From an uncultured Alphaproteobacteria bacterium (GTDB taxonomy: Bacteria > Pseudomonadota > Alphaproteobacteria > Acetobacterales > Acetobacteraceae): a DNA stretch of 64,000 nucleotides. The stretch spans positions 73,981 through 137,980 of the forward strand of contig CAWCHV010000006.1 in assembly GCA_963795435.1 (NCBI GenBank), written 5' to 3'. A program made the position numbers and the translations under genes. Below the pieces are notes generated by a model. It was not told the origin of the DNA. It worked only from the letters and a program-made list of their open reading frames with translations, and searched no databases. This document shows, in pieces, positions 44,403-53,284 of the stretch (the first letter of the stretch is position 1; each line of letters starts with the position of its first letter).

Positions 44403-44764
44403 TGGCGGGGCGCGCGGTCGAGATCGGGGCAGCAGCGGACTTTCCGGTAGGGCAATTCCGCATCCTGGATATCGGCGGGCATTCGGTCGGCGTGATCCGG
44501 CTGGCGGACGGCGCGATCCATGCGATCCGCAACCATTGTCCGCACAAGGGCGCGCCGGTCTGCCGGGGCATCGTCGGCGGCACCTGGCCGCCGTCGGAGC
44601 CGGGCGAACTGGCCTATACGCAAGCGGGCGAGGTTTTGGTTTGTCCGTGGCACGGCTACGAATACGACATCCGCAGCGGGCGCGAGCTGTTCCGCGAGAT
44701 GCCGACGGTGCTGCGCAAGTTTCCGGTGGTGATTGAGAATGGCCGCGTACTGGTGACAATCTAA
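44402..44764 (+). CDS. Rieske [2Fe-2S] domain protein
   Basis: TGATG overlap with the amidohydrolase gene. CPHKG...CPWHG ligand motifs. Confidence 0.8.
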   Translation: MAGRAVEIGAAADFPVGQFRILDIGGHSVGVIRLADGAIHAIRNHCPHKGAPVCRGIVGGTWPPSEPGELAYTQAGEVLVCPWHGYEYDIRSGRELFREMPTVLRKFPVVIENGRVLVTI

Positions 44765-46467
44765 CCAGATGCCACGGCGATCTGGCGCGCCATCGCTTGA
44801 AGCGTGTGCCGCTCGATCTTGTTCGTCGCGGTACGCGGCAGCTCGCCGATGATGTGCACGAAGCGCGGAACCTTGTAGTCGGCAATTTGCCCGCGACAGA
44901 ACGCGATCACCTCGTCGGCGCATAATGCTGCCTCCGGGCGCGGTTCGACAAAGGCGAAGCAGACTTCCCCGAGCCGCGCATCGGGCACGCCGCAGACCAC
45001 GACTTGCGCTACCGCCGGATGCTGGGCGATGAAATGCTCGATCTCGGCGGGATAGGCGTTTGTCCCTCCGACGATGAACATCTCCTTCAGCCGACCGGTG
45101 ACCGTCAGGTTGCCGTCCGGTCCGAGCCGGCCGAGGTCGCCGGTGCGGAACCAGCCATCCGGCGTGATCGCCGCGCTCGTCGCCGCCTCGTCGTCGTAAT
45201 AGCCCTGCATTACAAGATAGCCGCGCACGCGGATTTCTCCTTCGGTGTCGGCGGGAAGCGATTTGTCGGTGAGCGGGTCCGCGACCATCAGATCGAAATC
45301 GCCGATCTTCTTCCCCTTGTTGGCGCAAACCAGCTCGATCGGCGCGCCCCATTCCGTGTAGGTCGTCGCCCCGCCGGTCTCGGTCATGCCGTAGACCGCC
45401 GCGAGCGAATTGATGCCGAGGCGGTCGACCGCCTGGCGTGCCACGTCGGGCGGCACCGCCGCGCCGCCGATCCAGGCGGAGCGGATCGTGTCGGGCTTCA
45501 GCCGTCGCCCGCCGAGTGTTTGCAGCAGGTCGATGAAATGCGTCGGAATACCGCCGAACACGTTCACCCGTTCCGCTTCGATCAGCGCCAACGCCTCGGC
45601 CGCGCGCCAGGAGTGCATCAGCACGACGGCTTGGCCGAATTGCACCGCCGGGATCAACGTCGCGACACTGCCGGCGACGTGATAGAACGGCATGTGCCCG
45701 AGCACGGTGTCGCCCGCTTCATAGCGCCGGCTCGCGCCGATATTGGCGCCGTTGCGTAGGATACGATGCGCCTGCATCGCTCCTTTCGGCCGGCCGCTGG
45801 TGCCGGAGGTGTAGACGATGATGGCGGTGTCCTCGGCGTCGACTGCCTCGGTGGCGGCGTGGAGGAGTGCGGGAGGGAACGCATCGCCGGACGCGAGCAG
45901 CGAAGCAAGCGAACCGGCCGCGCCGGTTTCGCTCTGCCCTCGCAACACGACGCGGCGCAGCGCCGGCAGCCGCGTCGCAGCGAGCGCACCGCGCTTTCGC
46001 TCGTCGTCGATCTCGGGCAGGAACGAGCGCAGCGTCGAAAGATAGTCGGTCGTCCAGAGCCGCTCGGCCATCACCAGCATCGCCGCGCGCGACTGACGGA
46101 GCACGTACTCCACCTCCGCCGCGCGATATCGCGTGTTGATCGGCACAACGGCCGCGCCGATGCGGGTGCAGGCGAGCCATAGCAGCGCCCATTCCACGCA
46201 GTTGGGTAGCCAGATCGCGACGGCGTCACCGCGTCCAATGCCGGCGTTGAGGAGGCCGCGCGCGTGCCGGTCGACCTCACGGTCGGTCTCGGCGAAGGTC
46301 AGGCGGCGAACGCCCTCGATCAGAAACGGCCGCTCGCCCCAGAGCCTCGCCGCCCGGCCCAAGGCCCGCCCAATCGTCCAACCTGTCCAGTCCGCGCTGG
46401 TCAGCATCGCTGAACTGTAAGCGCCATCCGGCCCGTCTTGCCAGAGTAGCCCTTTCCGACCGAACAT
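44761..46467 (-). CDS. AMP-dependent acyl-CoA synthetase/ligase
   Basis: YTSGTSGRPKG, YGMTETG, GWFRTGD and PRTATNKIERH motifs. The start could be ATG 46467 or ATG 46407. Confidence 0.85.
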   Translation of the reverse strand: MFGRKGLLWQDGPDGAYSSAMLTSADWTGWTIGRALGRAARLWGERPFLIEGVRRLTFAETDREVDRHARGLLNAGIGRGDAVAIWLPNCVEWALLWLACTRIGAAVVPINTRYRAAEVEYVLRQSRAAMLVMAERLWTTDYLSTLRSFLPEIDDERKRGALAATRLPALRRVVLRGQSETGAAGSLASLLASGDAFPPALLHAATEAVDAEDTAIIVYTSGTSGRPKGAMQAHRILRNGANIGASRRYEAGDTVLGHMPFYHVAGSVATLIPAVQFGQAVVLMHSWRAAEALALIEAERVNVFGGIPTHFIDLLQTLGGRRLKPDTIRSAWIGGAAVPPDVARQAVDRLGINSLAAVYGMTETGGATTYTEWGAPIELVCANKGKKIGDFDLMVADPLTDKSLPADTEGEIRVRGYLVMQGYYDDEAATSAAITPDGWFRTGDLGRLGPDGNLTVTGRLKEMFIVGGTNAYPAEIEHFIAQHPAVAQVVVCGVPDARLGEVCFAFVEPRPEAALCADEVIAFCRGQIADYKVPRFVHIIGELPRTATNKIERHTLQAMARQIAVASG

Positions 46468-46505
46468 CGCGGGGAAGCCGACCAGGCGCCCGGGAGCGAT
46501 GCGAA

Positions 46506-47738
46506 ATGAAATTTGGAATCTTCTACGAGCATCAGATCCCGCGGCCGTGGGGCCAGTTCAGCGAGTACGACCTGTTCCAAAACTCGCTCGAGCAGTTCGC
46601 GCTCGCTGACCGGATCGGCTATGACTACGCCTGGGTGGTCGAGCACCATTTCCTCGAGGAATATTCGCACTCGCCCTCTCCCGAGGTGTTTCTCGGCGCG
46701 GCGAGCCAGCGCACCAAGAACATCCGCCTCGGCCACGGCGTCATCCAGCTCACCACGAACCAGCCGCACCGCGTCGCGGAGAGGGTCGCGACCCTGGACC
46801 TTTTGTCGGGCGGGCGGGTCGAGCTCGGCATGGGGGAGGCGGCGGGGCCGGCGGAGCTGCATCCATTCGGCGTGCGGGTGCGGGACAAGCGCGAGCGGTG
46901 GGAGGAGGCGGTGCGCGCCATCATCCCGATGTTCACCAAGGATGCGTGGGAGTTCCACGGCGAGTACTACGATTTCCCCGCGCGCAACGTGGTGCCGAAG
47001 CCGATGCAGAAGCCGCATCCGCCGCTCTGGGTTGCGTGCTCGAACATCCAGACGATCGGTAAGGCGGGCGAGTGGGGCATGGGCGCGCTCGGCTTCAGCT
47101 TTGTCTCGCCCGAGGCGGCGCGCGCCTGGGTGCATCGCTACTACAACAACCTCATCCGACGTCCGAACCACCTTGCGGATTACAAGCCCAACCCGAACAT
47201 CGCCATCGTCAACGGTTTCATGTGCGCCGAGACGGACGAGGAGGCCTTGGAGAAGGCGTCGGGCTGGACGTTCTTCATTTTCGCGCTCGGCCATTACGGA
47301 CGGAAGGGCATCGACGCGCCGGGGACGGGCGATCTGTGGCGCGAATACCAGGACTGGCGCGGCACCGAGAAGGCGCAGCAAGCGTTGCGCAACGGGCTGA
47401 TCGGCTCACCCGAAACCATCCGCAAGCGGCTACGGATGTTTGAGGAGGCGCATGTCGATCAGGTCATCCTGCTCAACCAGGCCGGCAAGACCAGCCACGC
47501 GGATATTTGCAACAGCCTGGAACTGTTCGGGCGCGAGGTGATGCCGGAATTCCACGCGCGCCAGCCGGCGCAGGAGGCGTGGAAGGCCGACGTGCTGGCT
47601 GGCCGGATCGAGCTTGAGGATCTCGATACCGAGAAATACGACCTCTATTCGCATCAGAACGAGGACATCGTGCGGCTGACGCCCGAGCAGCTCAAGCAGC
47701 GCATGGCGGAAAAAGATCGCGCCAAGCAGAGCGCGTAG
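46506..47738 (+). CDS. LLM-class flavin-dependent oxidoreductase (410 aa)
   Basis: Luciferase-like MKFGIFYEHQ...EHHFLEEYSHSPSPEVFL. Confidence 0.85.
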   Translation: MKFGIFYEHQIPRPWGQFSEYDLFQNSLEQFALADRIGYDYAWVVEHHFLEEYSHSPSPEVFLGAASQRTKNIRLGHGVIQLTTNQPHRVAERVATLDLLSGGRVELGMGEAAGPAELHPFGVRVRDKRERWEEAVRAIIPMFTKDAWEFHGEYYDFPARNVVPKPMQKPHPPLWVACSNIQTIGKAGEWGMGALGFSFVSPEAARAWVHRYYNNLIRRPNHLADYKPNPNIAIVNGFMCAETDEEALEKASGWTFFIFALGHYGRKGIDAPGTGDLWREYQDWRGTEKAQQALRNGLIGSPETIRKRLRMFEEAHVDQVILLNQAGKTSHADICNSLELFGREVMPEFHARQPAQEAWKADVLAGRIELEDLDTEKYDLYSHQNEDIVRLTPEQLKQRMAEKDRAKQSA

Positions 47739-47747
47739 GGAGGGGGC

Positions 47748-48764
47748 ATGCGTTTCGGCGTGTTCGATCACATGGACCGCAACGCCCAGGTTCCGCTGGG
47801 CATTTTCTACGCCGACCGGCTGGCGCTCGTGGAGGAGTACGATCGGGCGGGCCTCTACGGCTATCACGTGGCCGAGCACCACGCGACGCCGCTCGGCTTG
47901 GCGCCGTCGCCGTCGGTATACCTGTCGGCCGTCGCGCAGCGCACCAAGGGGCTCCGCTTCGGGCCGCTGGTCTACACACTGCCGCTGTACCATCCGATCC
48001 GACTGCTCGACGAGATTTGCATGTTGGACCAGATGAGCGGCGGACGGCTGCTGCTCGGCATCGGCCGCGGCATCTCGCCGCTCGAGCTGCGCTACTGGGG
48101 GCTGGACCCGGAGACGGGCCCCGAGCAATTCGCCGAGGCGCGCGACCTGATTTTGCGCGGATTGCAGAGCGACCGCCTGACATTCGAGGGAAAATACTAC
48201 AGCTTCCGCGATTTCCCGATCGAGGTTCCGCCGGTGCAGAAGCCGTTTCCCTCTCTCTGGTATGGCCTGAGCCGGCCGGAGACGATCGGATGGTGCGTCG
48301 AGCACAACGTGAATGTCGTGACCAACATGGCGCCGCGGCCGACTCGTCAGATCACCGACCGCTACCGGGCGGCCTGGCAGTCGGCCGGCCGGGTCGAGAG
48401 CGCAATGCCGATGATGGGCTTCACCCGTCATCTGGTGATCGCCGATACCGACAAGGAGGCGTACGATATCGCGCGCCCCAACTATGCGCGCTGGCGCGAC
48501 AGCTTCCTCGAGCTCTGGAAGAAGCACGACGTCTATCCGCCCAATGTCGCCTCGCTCGCTCCCGAAACACTGGAGGGCGCCGAGGAGTTGGGGCGGGCGG
48601 TCATCGGCTCGCCGCAAAAAGTCCGGGCGATTTTCGCGCGCCAGATCGAGGAGAGCGGGGTCAATTACGTGCTCTGCCGCTTCGCCTTCGGCGACATCGC
48701 GCGTGACGAGGCGCTGCAATCGGTGCGGCTGTTCACCCGCGAAGTGATGCCGGCATTCGAGTGA
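47748..48764 (+). CDS. LLM-class flavin-dependent oxidoreductase (338 aa)
   Basis: MRFGVFDHMD...AEHHATPLGLAPSPSVYL. Starts 9 nt after the previous LLM gene. Confidence 0.85.
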   Translation: MRFGVFDHMDRNAQVPLGIFYADRLALVEEYDRAGLYGYHVAEHHATPLGLAPSPSVYLSAVAQRTKGLRFGPLVYTLPLYHPIRLLDEICMLDQMSGGRLLLGIGRGISPLELRYWGLDPETGPEQFAEARDLILRGLQSDRLTFEGKYYSFRDFPIEVPPVQKPFPSLWYGLSRPETIGWCVEHNVNVVTNMAPRPTRQITDRYRAAWQSAGRVESAMPMMGFTRHLVIADTDKEAYDIARPNYARWRDSFLELWKKHDVYPPNVASLAPETLEGAEELGRAVIGSPQKVRAIFARQIEESGVNYVLCRFAFGDIARDEALQSVRLFTREVMPAFE

Positions 48765-48777
48765 ATGGGAGGGCGGG

Positions 48778-49365
48778 ATGAGCCGGAAAGACCTTGAGGG
48801 AAGGGTTGTGATCGTCACCGGCGCGGCCGGCGGCATTGGTCGCGCGCTGGTGCGGGCATTTCTCGACAGCGGAATGCGGGTCGCGGCGGCTGATTTGGAT
48901 GGTGAGCCGCTACGCCTGTTGCAACGTGAGATGGATGGCGACCGCCTAGCCGCCGTACCCGTCGATATTTCGGACTGCGAATCCTGCCGGAGTTGCGTGG
49001 AGCGTGCCGTCGTGCGATTCGGCCGCGTGGACTGCCTCGTCAACAATGCGGGGCTTGGCATGGGCCTCGTCCGCGAGGATCACTTCTCGCGTCGGGTACA
49101 GATCAAGGACATCAGGCCGGAGGTCTGGCAAAGGATCGTCGCCGTGAACCTAAGCTGCGGGTTCTTCATGGAGCGCATGGCGGACCCGATGCTGTGCCTG
49201 TTTTCCGACGCTGCCGCCGAGATTACCGGACGGCGCTATGTTGCCGCGAACTGGGATCCGGCGCTGCCCGAGGCGCAGGCGGAAGCCGCCCCGGGCGGCG
49301 CGCCCGCCGGCTGGCCGGACCTCGCGCAGAACCCGGTCTGGCCCGGCAGGAGGCCCGGCCAATGA
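48778..49365 (+). CDS. SDR-family remnant lacking the catalytic Ser-Tyr-Lys segment (possible pseudogene)
   Basis: TGAAGGIG, NNAG and VNLSCGFF are present. The sequence then jumps straight to the C-terminal-type LFSDAAAEITG. 195 aa against about 250-290 expected. Confidence 0.55.
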   Translation: MSRKDLEGRVVIVTGAAGGIGRALVRAFLDSGMRVAAADLDGEPLRLLQREMDGDRLAAVPVDISDCESCRSCVERAVVRFGRVDCLVNNAGLGMGLVREDHFSRRVQIKDIRPEVWQRIVAVNLSCGFFMERMADPMLCLFSDAAAEITGRRYVAANWDPALPEAQAEAAPGGAPAGWPDLAQNPVWPGRRPGQ

Positions 49366-50339
49366 AGGCCGTCGTCTGCGAGCGGTTCGGCGGGCCGGAG
49401 GTGCTGGCGCTGCGCGACATGCCCGACCCACCGCCGCCGGGCGCCGGCGAGGTGCAGGTGCGGATCACGGCGCGTGGCGTGCAGTACACCGACGTGCTGA
49501 TGACCGCCGGCACCTATCAGACCAAGAAGGAGCCGCCGTTCATTCCCGGCAGCGAGGCGGCGGGCGAGATCGTCGCGATCGGCCCCGGGGTCAGCCGCTT
49601 CAAGGTCGGTGACAAGGTGATGTGTCGGCCCGCCTCGGGCGCCTTCGCCGAACTCGCCAATTGTCGCGAGGATGCCTGCGATCCCGTGCCCGCCGGCATG
49701 AGCATCGAGGAAGCCGCCGTGTTTCGTGGCGGGTTCACTACGGCGTATTACGCGCTGCTGCAGCGCGGGCGCATGAAGCCGGGCGAGTGGGTGCTGATCC
49801 ACGGCGCCGCCGGGGGCATCGGCATCGCCGCGATCCAGATCGCCAAGCTGTTTGGCGCCAAGGTGATCGCCACCGCCGCGACCGAGGAAAAGCGCCGCGT
49901 CTGCCTGGAGCAAGGCGCCGACCACGCGATCGACTATCGCGGAAGATTTCGCGACACGGTGAAGGAGCTCACCGGCGGGCGCGGCGTGGATATCGTCTAC
50001 GACCCGATCGGCTCGGCGGTGTTCGACGAGAGCACGCGCTGCCTCGCACCCTGGGGTGCGCGGCTGCTGATCCTCGGATTCCTCGGCGGCCCGCCGGCGC
50101 TCGCCAAGACCAACCATCTGCTCGTCAAGGGCGCCGACGCGATCGGCGTGTGGATCGGCGGGCTCGGCATGAACGAGCCGGAGCAGGCGGCGGCGAACAT
50201 GCGTGAACTGCTCCGGCTTGCGGGCGAAGGCAAGCTGCGGCCCTACATCTCCCATCGCTTCCCGCTGGAACGCGCGGCCGACGCGCTCCAGGCGGTGATC
50301 GACCGCAAGATCATCGGCAAGGGGGTGATCGTCGGCTAG
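49362..50339 (+). CDS. NADPH:quinone oxidoreductase / zinc-type alcohol dehydrogenase-like (MDR) protein
   Basis: ATGA overlap with the upstream ORF. CAGGAGG Shine-Dalgarno sequence. GSEAAGEIVAIG and HGAAGGIGIAAIQIAK motifs. Confidence 0.85.
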   Translation: MKAVVCERFGGPEVLALRDMPDPPPPGAGEVQVRITARGVQYTDVLMTAGTYQTKKEPPFIPGSEAAGEIVAIGPGVSRFKVGDKVMCRPASGAFAELANCREDACDPVPAGMSIEEAAVFRGGFTTAYYALLQRGRMKPGEWVLIHGAAGGIGIAAIQIAKLFGAKVIATAATEEKRRVCLEQGADHAIDYRGRFRDTVKELTGGRGVDIVYDPIGSAVFDESTRCLAPWGARLLILGFLGGPPALAKTNHLLVKGADAIGVWIGGLGMNEPEQAAANMRELLRLAGEGKLRPYISHRFPLERAADALQAVIDRKIIGKGVIVG

Positions 50340-51557
50340 GTCTTGACCAGCGGGCAACCGCCCTCGCTCAAGGGGCGCCATGCATCCTCGGGCGCGATGG
50401 TCGCGACGGGCTTGCAGAAATCGTAGGCGTATTTCGATTCCGACGCGGGCTTGACCTGCCAGAGATACATCCTGTGCATCACCCGTCCATCCTCCCGGAT
50501 CTTGACGTTGGTGTTGTACATATCGTTCACTGGCGTGGCCTTCATTTTCGCTGCGACCGCGTCGGCATCGGTGGTGCCCGCCGCCTTCACTGCCTTCAGC
50601 CAATGCGTCGCGGCGCAGTAGCTGCCGGCGTGCAGCAGGCCGGGCGGCGTTGTCATCTTGGCCATGTACCGCTTGGACCAGTCGCGCGTGCTGTCGCTCA
50701 TGTCCCAGTAGAACGAATTCGGTGTAGACGAGTCCCTCGCACGCCTTCTGGCCGAGCGAGGTCACGTCGGAGATCTGCATCAGCAACGTGGCAATCCGAA
50801 TGCCACCCTTGGTCAAGCCGAACTCGGCGGATTGCTTGATGCAGTTCTGCAAATCGGTGCCCGCGTTGGCCATCCCGATCACCTTGGCGCCTGAGGCTCG
50901 AGCCTCGATGAGAAAACTCGAGAAATCGGCGGTGCCGAGCGGGGCGCGAACCGTTCCGAGCACGGTGCCCCCGGCTTGCTTGACGGCGCCGATGGTGTCG
51001 CGCTCCAACGCATAGCCGAAGGCGTAGTCGGCGGTGATGAAGAACCACGTGCTGCCGCCGGCCTTGGTCAGCGCGTCGCCGGTCGCGTGCGCCAGCGCGT
51101 AGGTGTCGTAGCTGAAATGGATGCCGTAGGGGGAGCACTGCTTGCCGGTCATGTCGGAGGTCGCCGGGCCGGTGATAAGATAGATCCGCTTCTTCTCGCG
51201 GGCGACCTGCTGGATCGCCAGGCCGGCGGAGCTGGCGGCGCCGTCGGCGAGCACGTCCACCCCCTGGCTGTCGATCCATTCGCGGGCCAGCCCGCTCGCC
51301 ACGTCCGGCTTGTTCTGATCGTCCGCCTGCAGGATCTCGATCGGCCGGTCGAGCACGGAGCCGCCGAAATCCTGGATCGCCATCTGCGTCGCGACGCGAT
51401 TGCCGGGGCCGCCGACGTCCCGGTAAGGGCCGCTCATGTCGCTCAGCAGGCCGATACGCACCGGCTTCGACGAGGTCTGGGCGCGCAAGATGCCGGGCAC
51501 GGCGAGCGGTGCCCCGGCCAATCCGGCGAGCACGGTGCGGCGGGCGATATCGGGCAT
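50336..51557 (-). pseudogene. Leu/Ile/Val-type (LivK-like) ABC substrate-binding protein, frameshifted
   Basis: N-terminal 281 codons (MPDIARRTVLAG...GLVYTEF) and the C-terminal part (..FYWDMSDSTRDW...) lie in frames differing by 1 nt, at GAATTCG 50714-50720. Removing one T or A gives TE(S)FYWD. Confidence 0.8.
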
Positions 51558-51724
51558 GGTGGATGTTCCTCGGTCGATCGTCGGGCAGCGTCCCAAGTCA
51601 GCTTGACGGTTTGTTGCGCGCGACGGAAGCAACTCCTGCGCGAAAGCGATGGGACCAAGGCTAGACCCCGCGCGACGGCTCCGCCAATATCGGCCTCCAA
51701 TCCAATGAGGGGGAAACGGAGCCA

Positions 51725-52135
51725 ATGCTCGAGCCCGGACGCGCGAAACCCGTACCCACGCCGGAGACCCAGAATTTCTGGGACGGCACCAAGGCCGGCG
51801 AACTGCGCCTGCAACGCTGCGGCGAGTGCAGCAAAGTATATTTCCCGCCCCGCCCGTTCTGCCCGGTCTGTGGCTCGCGCGAGGTGAGCGCGTTCAAGGC
51901 GAGCGGCAAGGCGATCCTCTACAGCTACGTGATCCATCACCGTCCGGTGCCCGGCTTCACGCCGCCCTACGCCATCGCCGTCGTCGAGTTGGCGGAAGGG
52001 CCGCGCATGATGACCAACATCGTCGATTGCGAGCAGACACCCGAGGCGCTGCAGCTCGACATGCCGCTCGAAGTCGTGTTTGAGCCGATGGACGACACCA
52101 TCACGCTGCCGCTGTTTCGTCCGGCGAAGGGGTAA
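51725..52135 (+). CDS. Zn-ribbon/OB-fold (DUF35) protein
   Basis: CGECSKVYFPPRPFCPVCGS rubredoxin-like knuckle followed by an OB fold. Confidence 0.85.
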   Translation: MLEPGRAKPVPTPETQNFWDGTKAGELRLQRCGECSKVYFPPRPFCPVCGSREVSAFKASGKAILYSYVIHHRPVPGFTPPYAIAVVELAEGPRMMTNIVDCEQTPEALQLDMPLEVVFEPMDDTITLPLFRPAKG

Positions 52136-52140
52136 TCGAA

Positions 52141-53283
52141 ATGGGTGCGAGATCCGTCGCCATCGTCGGCGCTTCCGAGACCACGAAACTGGGCGTCGTG
52201 CCCGACATGTCGCAGATCCAGTTGCACGCCGACGCCGCGCTGAATGCGATGAAGGATGCCGGGCTCAAGCCCAAGGACATTGACGGTGTTGCGACCGCGG
52301 TGGAGACGCCGCAGCAGATCGCGCATTATCTCGGCATCACGCCGAGCTGGGTGGACGGCACCTCGGTTGGCGGCTGCTCGTTCATGATCCATCTGCGCCA
52401 CGCGGCGGCGGCGATCGAGGCCGGGCTCGCCAAGACCATTCTGATCACGCATGGCGAGAGCGGCCGCTCGCGCGTCGGCCAGCCCGCGCGCTCGGTGGCC
52501 GCGAGCAGCCTCAACGGCCAGTTCGAACAGCCCTTCGGCCCGTTCGGCCCGCCCACCATGTTCCCCATTCCCGTGCTGCGCTACATGAAGAAATACGGCG
52601 TCACGCACCAGCAGATGGCGATGGTCGCGGTGGTGCAACGCGAATGGGCGGCGAAGAACCCGCGCGCGACGTTCAAGGACCCGATCACCGTTGCCGACGT
52701 GCTGAACTCGCGCATGATCGCCTATCCGTTCCGGCTGCTGGAATGCTGCCTGGTGACGGATGGCGGCGGTGCGCTCATCGTCACCCATCGCGACCGCGCC
52801 AAGGATTTCCCGCAGAAGCCAGTCTACGTTCTCGGCACGGGCGAGAGCGTCGAGACGCCAATGATCAGCCAGATGGCGGACTTTACTTCGTCGCGCGCCT
52901 TCAGCGTGGCGGGTCCGACCGCGTTCAAGGAGGCCGGCATCACGCACAAGGACGTGGATCACCTGATGATCTACGACGCCTTCGCGCATCTGCCGTTATA
53001 CGGGCTCGAAGACCTCGGCTTCGTCGGACGCGGAGAGGCGGGGCGGTTCGTCGAGGAGCGCAACACCGCGCCGGGCGCCAAGCTGCCGATGAACACCAAT
53101 GGCGGCGGCCTCTCCTACATGCACTCCGGCATGTACGGCATGTACGCGCTGCAGGAGAGCGTGCGGCAGATGCGCGGCACGGCGCCGGCGCAGGTGCCGG
53201 GCGCGAAAATCTCGGTGTGCCACGGCGTCGGCGGCATGTTTGCCGCATCCGGCACGATCATCTTCAGCAACCAGGCGCCCTGA
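52141..53283 (+). CDS. thiolase-like (SCP-x/lipid-transfer type) protein
   Basis: 380 aa. VGGCSF candidate nucleophile region and C-terminal NTNGGGLSYMH...CHGVGG. Starts 5 nt after the DUF35 gene. Confidence 0.85.
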   Translation: MGARSVAIVGASETTKLGVVPDMSQIQLHADAALNAMKDAGLKPKDIDGVATAVETPQQIAHYLGITPSWVDGTSVGGCSFMIHLRHAAAAIEAGLAKTILITHGESGRSRVGQPARSVAASSLNGQFEQPFGPFGPPTMFPIPVLRYMKKYGVTHQQMAMVAVVQREWAAKNPRATFKDPITVADVLNSRMIAYPFRLLECCLVTDGGGALIVTHRDRAKDFPQKPVYVLGTGESVETPMISQMADFTSSRAFSVAGPTAFKEAGITHKDVDHLMIYDAFAHLPLYGLEDLGFVGRGEAGRFVEERNTAPGAKLPMNTNGGGLSYMHSGMYGMYALQESVRQMRGTAPAQVPGAKISVCHGVGGMFAASGTIIFSNQAP

Positions 53284-53284
53284 C

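Noticed and set aside
50699-50725. Programmed ribosomal frameshift as an explanation for the split binding-protein gene
   Set aside because: There is no X-XXY-YYZ slippery heptamer or obvious downstream pseudoknot at GAATTCG. A simple 1-nt indel (mutation or sequencing error) is more parsimonious.
49236-51725. 829-aa ORF, the longest in the track on this stretch
   Set aside because: Only its first roughly 340 codons (from ATG 51557) look like a real protein, a LivK-like binding protein. After the frameshift site near 50715 the translation becomes Arg/Ala/Gly-rich nonsense, antisense to the MDR reductase and SDR genes. It is a GC-driven read-through.
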